In this document: in pieces, positions 57,005 through 64,000 of the stretch | Numbering within the stretch: the stretch's first letter is position 1 | How the letters are laid out: every line of letters begins with the position of its first letter | NCBI RefSeq assembly: GCF_049671765.1 | Contig: NZ_JBATVM010000173.1 | Span: 326 to 64,325 of the forward strand | Origin: Psychrilyobacter sp. | GTDB taxonomy: Bacteria; Fusobacteriota; Fusobacteriia; Fusobacteriales; Fusobacteriaceae | Direction of reading: 5' to 3' | Length of the DNA: 64,000 nt | Notes under the pieces: model-generated | Database searches by the model: none | Told to the model about the DNA's origin: nothing | Seen by the model: only the letters and a program-made list of their open reading frames with translations | Translations under genes and position numbers: made by a program

Positions 57005-57842
57005 AAATATATCTACTTTTATTGGGTTTGACAATGAATATCATGAGTCCAAAATAATAGTATTTGGTGCCCCCTTTGACGGAACAACATCTTTTCGACC
57101 TGGGACTAGATTTGCCCCAGAAGTAATGAGGAGAGAATCTTATGGACTAGAAACTTATAGCCCTTATTTAGAGAAAGATTTAGAAAATTATAATGTTTTT
57201 GATGGAGGAGATTTAGAGTTTTCATTTGGAAATCCAAAGAGTACTTTAGACAGTATATATAAATATACACAAAAAATATTAAAAGACGATAAAGTTCCAT
57301 TTATGGTAGGTGGGGAACATCTAGTCTCTTATGGAACAATAAAAGCTGTCTATGAGAAATATCCAGATCTTCATGTTATTCATTTAGATGCACATGCAGA
57401 TTTAAGAGATGATTATATGGGAGAAAAATTTTCCCATGCTTCGGTGATTAGACGTTGTTGGGATTTTTTAGGAGATGGAAAGATCTATCAATTTGGTATT
57501 AGATCTGGTAATAAGGAAGAATTTTTGTGGGCCAAAGATCATACATATATGGAAAAATTTGGTATAGATACTTTAGTTGAAACAATAGAAAAATTAAATG
57601 ATGTTCCGGTATATATAACTATTGATCTGGATATTTTGGATCCCTCTATCTTTTCAGGAACTGGAACACCAGAACCAGGAGGACTTACCTTTACCGAAAT
57701 TATAAAAGGGATAAAAGAATTCGAAAAATTAAATATTGTAGGAGGAGATATAGTAGAGCTATCTCCTAATTATGATATCAGTGGAGTTTCTACAGCTACA
57801 GCGTGTAAAGTTTTACGAGAAGTGATCTTGACCATGGTATAA
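56994..57842 (+). CDS. speB: Agmatinase
   Basis: Ureohydrolase motifs GGEHLVS, HLDAHADL and ITIDLDILDPS. Confidence 0.88.
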   Translation: MKNKNISTFIGFDNEYHESKIIVFGAPFDGTTSFRPGTRFAPEVMRRESYGLETYSPYLEKDLENYNVFDGGDLEFSFGNPKSTLDSIYKYTQKILKDDKVPFMVGGEHLVSYGTIKAVYEKYPDLHVIHLDAHADLRDDYMGEKFSHASVIRRCWDFLGDGKIYQFGIRSGNKEEFLWAKDHTYMEKFGIDTLVETIEKLNDVPVYITIDLDILDPSIFSGTGTPEPGGLTFTEIIKGIKEFEKLNIVGGDIVELSPNYDISGVSTATACKVLREVILTMV

Positions 57843-57883
57843 AAAAAATTCACAGACAAATTTAGTTGTCTGTGAATTTTTTT
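57843..57883. terminator. Bidirectional intrinsic terminator
   Basis: AATTCACAGACAA/TTGTCTGTGAATT stem flanked by A- and T-runs, between convergent genes. Confidence 0.8.
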
Positions 57884-57910
57884 GATTTGAATATTCTAAG
57901 TTTTTAATCT

Positions 57911-59185
57911 CTAAAAATATTTTACAAATAGGTAGATATTAGCTATGATTAAAGTTTGAACTGCTATTATTAGACCAAATTTCATAAATTTACCAAAACT
58001 TATCTTACATCCTGCCTTATTAGCTGAGTTTATAGCGACTACATTGGTTGCAGATGCTAAGATAGTAATATTCCCTCCTAATAGAGATCCCATAGATAGT
58101 GCCCACCAAAGGGACATTGTATTTCCATGTTTGAAGGTTGGCATCATAAAGTGGATGATTTTAGAGACCATAGCTGCATTGGCTACATTTCCTATAACAG
58201 ATGTAAAAGCAGCGGAAACCCAAAGGACCATAGCTGCTGCATAGTGTAGATGTCCATCTGCTAACTCTAAAACTTTATCTCCTACGAGATCTACAATTCC
58301 TGTAGCTTCTATCCCTTGAATCAACATAAATAGTCCCATAAAGAAAAATAATGTATCCCATTCTACATGTTTAAAAACTTCTACAGGTTCACTTTTGGTA
58401 ATAAGAATTAATACCACTGCACCAGTAAGGGCCATAATCGCTAATCCTTTATCGATGAAATTATTCATCAAGAATCCAAAGATTACAAGGGCAAATATAG
58501 TAGCTGATTCTTGAAGTAATTTCATATCTTTTAGGGATCTAGAAGCATCAAGTTCCATAACTCTAGCTTTTAGATCTCTAGAAACGGTCATCTTTCTACC
58601 ATACATAAAATAAACTGTGATAAGAAGCATAACCATTGAAATAACAGCTACTGGAGCTGTATTGACTAAGAAATCATTGAATCCAATATTTCCTTCTGAT
58701 CCTATGATAAGCTGAGTAGGATCACCGATTAGTGTAGCTAATCCGCCTATATTGGCGGACATTATAAGGGTCATAATATATACAAAGGGATCTACTTTTA
58801 GTTGATTTGCCAGTAATATAGATACAGGTGCCATGAGTAAGATAGTAGTTACATTGTCTAAAAATGCTGAACACAGAGCTGTAATAACTGCAAGGAGTAC
58901 AAGCAATGGGAAGGGTTCTCCTTTTACTAATTGTGCTACTTTTACTGCTAAATATTGAAATACTCCAGTCTCAGAGATAAAATGAACGATTATCATCATA
59001 CCTACTAATAAGAGTATGATCTCTAGTCGTGAACCGATGGCATGTAATGCTTCATGTTCATTTATAATTCCTACAAGTGCCATAGAAAGACCACCTAAGA
59101 GAGTAGCAATGGGACCTGGAACTTTTTCTGTTATTATTAAATAAAATGTTGCTATAAATATAATTAAACCTATTGCTAATTGCAT
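57911..59185 (-). CDS. ArsB/NhaD-superfamily (CitMHS/SLC13-like) anion or ion permease
   Basis: 424 aa polytopic protein. The LDNVTTILLMAPV and GGNITILASATNV repeats are typical of this superfamily. Confidence 0.65.
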   Translation of the reverse strand: MQLAIGLIIFIATFYLIITEKVPGPIATLLGGLSMALVGIINEHEALHAIGSRLEIILLLVGMMIIVHFISETGVFQYLAVKVAQLVKGEPFPLLVLLAVITALCSAFLDNVTTILLMAPVSILLANQLKVDPFVYIMTLIMSANIGGLATLIGDPTQLIIGSEGNIGFNDFLVNTAPVAVISMVMLLITVYFMYGRKMTVSRDLKARVMELDASRSLKDMKLLQESATIFALVIFGFLMNNFIDKGLAIMALTGAVVLILITKSEPVEVFKHVEWDTLFFFMGLFMLIQGIEATGIVDLVGDKVLELADGHLHYAAAMVLWVSAAFTSVIGNVANAAMVSKIIHFMMPTFKHGNTMSLWWALSMGSLLGGNITILASATNVVAINSANKAGCKISFGKFMKFGLIIAVQTLIIANIYLFVKYF

Positions 59186-59204
59186 CTTTTCTTTCCCCCT
59201 AAAT

Positions 59205-60128
59205 TTATATGTGTAAAACTTTTTTGATTATATGTGATCTTAAAATTGTTCCGTAATATTTGCCGTTTTCAACCACATATATTCTAGTAAAGCCTTTATT
59301 TACCATAAGTAGGCATATTTCCATTATAGGAGTTTTTCTGTCTACAACCATAGTTTTTTTTCTATAAATTTTATTGATTGTGGCTGTTTTTTCATTCTTT
59401 AGATATTCTGTGAAAGGTTCCCCTATAGTAAAGAAATTTAAGTCGTCCATTACCGAAGTATAATCTGGCATTCCGTATGATATAAGTTCTCTTTCGGTCA
59501 TCTCACCTAAAAAATATCCCTTGTCATCTACTACAGGGAATCCTGGTTTTTCTTCGGTAATAAGCCGCCTAGCTATATTGTCTAAAGTATCATGTGGGTT
59601 TGCTGGTTTTATTGTAGGGTCCATAACATCTTCAGCAGTGATTTTATTTTCGATCTTTACATCGATATGACTTAATAAATCATATACTTCAGCCCCAGTC
59701 TTGGCATTTTTTAATTTTTCTAATAGAACCTTGTCTTTGATCGCTATTCTAGTGATAGAAGACATAATTTTTAATATAACTTTACTCTTTAAAGTTTCGG
59801 CTGTGATCATAAAGAAAATCTTTACTTTATCTTTATTTCTCATATCTGCCATATCGCATTCGATAGGTTCTTTCATTATACCTATAGAGATAAGGATGTC
59901 GTCATATCCGTCTACCCTAGCATGGGGAATAGCGATACCGCTTCCCATCGCAGTAGAAACTTCAGCTTCCCTAGCAAAAACAGATTTCCTGATTTGGTCT
60001 GCAGAATCATTGAATACCTTGTCGTGTTTAGCAGTATCGTCGATCATTTGACCGATAATCTCTTCCTTTGTATCTCCTTCTAAATTTAAGTAGATACACC
60101 TAGTATTTAGGTAACTTGATAATTTCAT
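59205..60128 (-). CDS. PTS EIIA(Fru/Ntr)-type domain fused to a CBS pair
   Basis: The N-terminal EIIA-2 domain has the His site GIAIPHARV. The C-terminal half has two CBS-like repeats. It lies 19 nt upstream of the permease gene. Confidence 0.7.
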   Translation of the reverse strand: MKLSSYLNTRCIYLNLEGDTKEEIIGQMIDDTAKHDKVFNDSADQIRKSVFAREAEVSTAMGSGIAIPHARVDGYDDILISIGIMKEPIECDMADMRNKDKVKIFFMITAETLKSKVILKIMSSITRIAIKDKVLLEKLKNAKTGAEVYDLLSHIDVKIENKITAEDVMDPTIKPANPHDTLDNIARRLITEEKPGFPVVDDKGYFLGEMTERELISYGMPDYTSVMDDLNFFTIGEPFTEYLKNEKTATINKIYRKKTMVVDRKTPIMEICLLMVNKGFTRIYVVENGKYYGTILRSHIIKKVLHI

Positions 60129-60194
60129 ATGTAACCCCCAAAATTTTTATTTTATTTTATTTTATTATACAATTTATTTAGATTTTTTTTATTT

Positions 60195-61178
60195 TTATTT
60201 TAATAATAATTTTATTAAGATTGTTAACATGGTAATTTGAACGAACATAGCTATTATTCCAAATAATAAAGCTTTTGGTCCTTCACTGAGTAGTTCTTTA
60301 AATTTAACTCTCATTCCTATTGCGGCCATGGCGATTAGGAGTAGATTCTTGCTTAAAAATCCTAAGATATCTTTTACCTGATCATTTAGAAAACCTAGAG
60401 TGACTAGGATACTGAGGATAAAAAATCCTATTATAAACGGTGGAATAGGTAATTTTTTGTTCTTAATGTTGATATTATTTGAATTTTTGTCACTGATAAG
60501 AGAAAAAACTAAAACAACTCCTCCTAACATACTTATCCTAATCATTTTAAATAAAATAGAAAATTTAGCAACTTCATCTCCTAAAAAATTACTTCCAGCT
60601 ACAACTTGACCTACAGACTGAAGTCCTCCACCAATAAGTCCTCCACTTTCCATAGGAGTGTATCCTAAGATGTTAAATGCAAGGAAAGGAAGTACAAACA
60701 TGAATATTGTTCCAATAAGGTTGACTACAGCGATAGGAATTCCTATTTCATCTTCTTTAGCTCCTAAAACAGGTGCTGTCGCAGCAATAGCAGAAGACCC
60801 ACAAACGGCATTTCCCGCTCCCATTAGGAGTGAAAAGTTTTTACTGAACCCTAAAAATTTTCCAATGATTAGATTTATTCCGATGACAAAGGAAATTTGC
60901 AAAAGGATAAAAAAGACACCTTTCATACCTAAACTTGTGATGGCACTGAGATGAAGAGTTGCACCTAAAAGCATAATAGCTCCGGCTAATATAGTTTTTT
61001 CTGAAAATTTAACTCCAGGAAGATATTTTTTATCTTGAGCTAAGGTATTTCCTGCAATAATTCCTATTATTATAGCTAAACTTGTGCCTCCTATCAAGGG
61101 AAAGATGGTAGATATAAATTTAGCTAGCATTCCTATGATGATACACACTATTAAACCGCTAATAATGTCTTTTTTCAT
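60195..61178 (-). CDS. UPF0324 (YeiH-type) putative sulfate-exporter-family membrane protein
   Basis: Start at MKKDIISGLIV, preceded by a GGAGG RBS. The protein is polytopic and carries a GNAVCGSSAIAATAPV motif. Confidence 0.7.
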   Translation of the reverse strand: MKKDIISGLIVCIIIGMLAKFISTIFPLIGGTSLAIIIGIIAGNTLAQDKKYLPGVKFSEKTILAGAIMLLGATLHLSAITSLGMKGVFFILLQISFVIGINLIIGKFLGFSKNFSLLMGAGNAVCGSSAIAATAPVLGAKEDEIGIPIAVVNLIGTIFMFVLPFLAFNILGYTPMESGGLIGGGLQSVGQVVAGSNFLGDEVAKFSILFKMIRISMLGGVVLVFSLISDKNSNNINIKNKKLPIPPFIIGFFILSILVTLGFLNDQVKDILGFLSKNLLLIAMAAIGMRVKFKELLSEGPKALLFGIIAMFVQITMLTILIKLLLK

Positions 61179-61404
61179 GTTGTTACCTCCATTTAATTTG
61201 CGTTTTTTCAATTACTTAAATATATTATATAACTTTTAGCTAAATTTTAATAATACTAATTTTATTTAAAATGTATAGGTAAATTAGTATGGTAAATTAA
61301 ATGATTTGAATGAAATTAAGAAAGTTATTTTTTATTCTTTAGGAAATTAAAAATTTAATTTCTCTTTTTTCCTATTAATATCATACCTTATTAAGGGCAA
61401 AATA

Positions 61405-61437
61405 AAAAGTAGCTAAACAGTGTGTTTAACTACTTTT
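61405..61437 (-). terminator. Intrinsic terminator of ppdK
   Basis: AAAAGTAGCTAAAC/GTTTAACTACTTTT stem followed by a T-run on the minus strand. Confidence 0.7.
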
Positions 61438-61457
61438 CATCTGAAAAAATTAAAATT

Positions 61458-64000
61458 TTATTTTATCTCTGCTTTGGCAGCAGCTAGCCTTGCAATAGGA
61501 ATCCTATATGGAGAACAGCTGACATAGTCAAAACCTAGATCATTAACAAATTTGATAGAGTGGGGTTCTCCTCCGTGTTCTCCACAAATTCCGATCTCTA
61601 AATCTTTATTAATATTTCGTCCTTTGGTGCTAGCAATCTCCATGAGTTGTCCGACACCTTCTATGTCTATTATTTTAAATGGATCAGCCTCTAATACACC
61701 TTCTTTTAGGTAGGTTGGTAAAAATGTTCCAGTATCATCTCTAGAATATCCAAAGGTCATTTGAGTTAAGTCGTTTGTACCAAAGGAGAAAAAATCTGTT
61801 TCTGGAGCAATTTTGTCTGCGGTAAGAGCAGCACGAGGAACTTCGATCATAGTCCCTATTTTATATTTAATACTACTATTTTTTTCTTCAAACACTTTTT
61901 TTATAGTGTCTAAGATCAGTTGTTTCTGCAATCTATATTCTTCCACCTTTCCAATGAGGGGAACCATTATTTCTGGATAGACATCTATTCCTCTAGAATG
62001 GACCTCTAGAGCAGCTTCTATAATAGCTCGGGTCTGCATGACTGTGATCTCAGGATAAGTTATTCCTAAACGGCATCCACGATGTCCTAACATTGGATTA
62101 GATTCTTTTAGATGTTCCACAGCTTCTCTAATTTTACCAGCTGGCACCTTAATCTCATGAGCTAATTCCTCTTGCTTTTCCTTGGTATGTGGAAGAAATT
62201 CATGAAGAGGCGGGTCTAGTAATCTTATAGTCACAGGTTTTTCTTTTAAAACTTCAAAGATCCCTATAAAGTCTTTCTTTTGAAGGGGAAGCATAACAGC
62301 TAGTGCTTCTTCTCGACCTTTGATATCAGGGGCTAAGATCATCTTTCTCATGGTTTTTATCTTGTTTTCCTCAAAGAACATGTGTTCTGTCCTACATAAA
62401 CCAATCCCTTTAGCCCCAAATTCAATGGCTTTTTTAGCATCTTTTGGGGTATCGGCATTTGCTCTGACTTCCATCCGAGCTATCTTATCTGCAATCTCCA
62501 AAATTTGGTGGAAATTATTGTCTAATTTAGGAGCTTTAGTAACTAATTTACCCTGGTAGACCATTCCAGTACTACCATCGATAGAGATAAAATCTCCTTC
62601 TTTAAATACTTTATCTCCTACTTTAAACTTTCTTTTTTTATAATCAATGACTATCTCGCCAGCTCCAGCTATACAACATTTTCCCATTCCACGGGCTACC
62701 ACAGCTGCATGGGAGGTCATTCCCCCACGAACAGTTAAAAATCCTTGAGCTAAATTCATGCCATTAATATCTTCAGGAGATGTTTCAAGTCTGACTAAGA
62801 TTGCTTTTTCATATTTTTCTACCTCATCAGCAAAGAAAACTACTTGACCTACAGCAGCTCCTGGTGCAGCAGGGAGTCCATGGGTAAGGACTTCTACATC
62901 TATTTTATCCTTGTCAAATACAGGATGTAAAAGTTCATCGATTTTGCTGAGTTTTATCCTTCTGATTACTTCTTTTGAATCTATCTTCTTTTCATTGTAG
63001 AGATCCATAGCTATCTTTATCATAGCCATACCAGTTCTCTTTCCAGTTCTAGTTTGAAGAATCCAGAGTTTTTTACTTTCCACTGTGAACTCCATATCTT
63101 GCATATCCGTATAATGATTTTCCAATGTTGCTTGAATTTTATATAGATCTTTATATACTTCTGGCATAAGTTCTTCTAAAGATGGATGGTTCCTTCTCCT
63201 ATCTTCCATAGGGATATTATTTCGGACTGCCCATTCAATAGATTCTTTTTTAGTTATTTGCCATGGGGTTCTAACTCCTGCTACTACATCTTCTCCTTGG
63301 GCATTTATTAAAAATTCTCCATTAAAATAATTTTCACCAGTAGCAGCATTTCTTGTAAAAGCCACTCCAGTGGCAGAATTGGACCCAGTATTCCCATAGA
63401 CCATAGACTGTACATTTACAGCAGTTCCCCAATTAGACGGGATTCCTTCGATGGCTCTATAGGTGATGGCTCTGTCGTTCATCCAACTTCTAAATACCGC
63501 TAATATGGCTAGCCATAATTGTTCATATGGATCCTGTGGGAATTGGATTCCCATTTTTTTCTGTATAGCATCTTTAAATCTATCTACTAATATTTTTAAA
63601 TTTTCAACATTAAAATCAAGATCAGTTTTTATTTTCAAATCACTTTTATAATTATCGATTATCTTTTCAAAAGGGTTGAGATCCTCTTTGGATTCAGGTG
63701 TCATTCCGAGAACTACATCTCCATACATTTGAATAAATCTTCTATACGAATCCCAAGCAAATCTTGGGTTGTTAGTAATAATAGATAACCCTTCTACTAT
63801 TTTATCGTTTAGCCCTAAATTTAAAACTGTATCCATCATCCCAGGCATAGATTGCCTAGCTCCAGATCTAACTGAAAGTAATAATGGATTTTTATGGTCA
63901 CCAAATTTTTTATCTAAGATATCTTCAACTTCGTGAATCTCACCTTTTATATCATTCCAAATAGAATCTTTTAGGGCTTTTTCCCCAAATTCAGTATAAA
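61458..64000 (-). CDS. ppdK: Pyruvate, phosphate dikinase (N-terminus beyond window end)
   Basis: Motifs GGMTSHAAVVARGMGKCCI (phospho-His) and CGEHGG. The track ORF starts at an internal Met. The frame stays open to 64000 and reads ...FGDHKNPLLLSVRSGARQSMPGMMDTVLNLGLN. Confidence 0.92.
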   Translation of the reverse strand, partial: YTEFGEKALKDSIWNDIKGEIHEVEDILDKKFGDHKNPLLLSVRSGARQSMPGMMDTVLNLGLNDKIVEGLSIITNNPRFAWDSYRRFIQMYGDVVLGMTPESKEDLNPFEKIIDNYKSDLKIKTDLDFNVENLKILVDRFKDAIQKKMGIQFPQDPYEQLWLAILAVFRSWMNDRAITYRAIEGIPSNWGTAVNVQSMVYGNTGSNSATGVAFTRNAATGENYFNGEFLINAQGEDVVAGVRTPWQITKKESIEWAVRNNIPMEDRRRNHPSLEELMPEVYKDLYKIQATLENHYTDMQDMEFTVESKKLWILQTRTGKRTGMAMIKIAMDLYNEKKIDSKEVIRRIKLSKIDELLHPVFDKDKIDVEVLTHGLPAAPGAAVGQVVFFADEVEKYEKAILVRLETSPEDINGMNLAQGFLTVRGGMTSHAAVVARGMGKCCIAGAGEIVIDYKKRKFKVGDKVFKEGDFISIDGSTGMVYQGKLVTKAPKLDNNFHQILEIADKIARMEVRANADTPKDAKKAIEFGAKGIGLCRTEHMFFEENKIKTMRKMILAPDIKGREEALAVMLPLQKKDFIGIFEVLKEKPVTIRLLDPPLHEFLPHTKEKQEELAHEIKVPAGKIREAVEHLKESNPMLGHRGCRLGITYPEITVMQTRAIIEAALEVHSRGIDVYPEIMVPLIGKVEEYRLQKQLILDTIKKVFEEKNSSIKYKIGTMIEVPRAALTADKIAPETDFFSFGTNDLTQMTFGYSRDDTGTFLPTYLKEGVLEADPFKIIDIEGVGQLMEIASTKGRNINKDLEIGICGEHGGEPHSIKFVNDLGFDYVSCSPYRIPIARLAAAKAEIK

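Noticed and set aside
61458-63848. ORF-track start (MPGMMDT...) as the true ppdK start.
   Set aside because: That Met is internal. The frame continues open to 64000, with conserved PPDK N-terminal sequence (…LLLSVRSGARQSMPGMMD…), so the gene is truncated by the window edge.

Overview
AT-rich bacterial chromosome segment from a diderm. The gene content looks Fusobacteriota-like, which is an inference from gene families and the tmRNA tag, not from a search. All calls come from reading the ORF translations and the DNA by eye, with no homology search.

Most of the window is core or housekeeping:
- Cell envelope and division: a PBP1A-type gene (runs off the 5' edge), ftsE-like/ftsX/envC-like, ldcA, dacB.
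- A TetR / MMPL-RND / LolA-like / beta-barrel export cluster.
- Transporters: mntP, sstT, brnQ, an Opu-type ABC transporter and others.
- Information and repair genes: smpB-ssrA, era, a XerD-like gene, recN, nadK, topB.
- A complete polyamine module: potABCD plus speA-like/speD/speE/speB, with a divergent XRE-cupin regulator.
- ppdK, which runs off the 3' edge.

The accessory part lies between about 25.4 kb and the 3' end of ssrA (31549). It contains:
- An ORF-free, locally GC-rich, hairpin-dense stretch of about 0.6-0.7 kb, which is a candidate large ncRNA.
- A KilAC antirepressor fragment.
- A Septu-like ptuA/ptuB pair whose ptuA is frameshifted and is fronted by a 58-bp perfect-arm palindrome.
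- A stand-alone HEPN-motif protein.
- A stand-alone protein with a hydrophobic helix at each terminus.

Each minus-strand unit in this island ends in a related motif-plus-hairpin module. The sequence just downstream of ssrA is repeated about 2.8 kb away (28/35 nt), which suggests serial insertion at ssrA.

Other observations:
- A 36-bp perfect palindrome sits in the marR/flavoprotein-reductase divergent promoter.
- The pot and spe operons share a conserved promoter-plus-leader block.
- The FtsE homologue has all ATPase motifs degenerate.
- The XerD-like protein lacks two catalytic residues.

I saw no rRNA, tRNA, CRISPR array, transposase or catalytically intact integrase.
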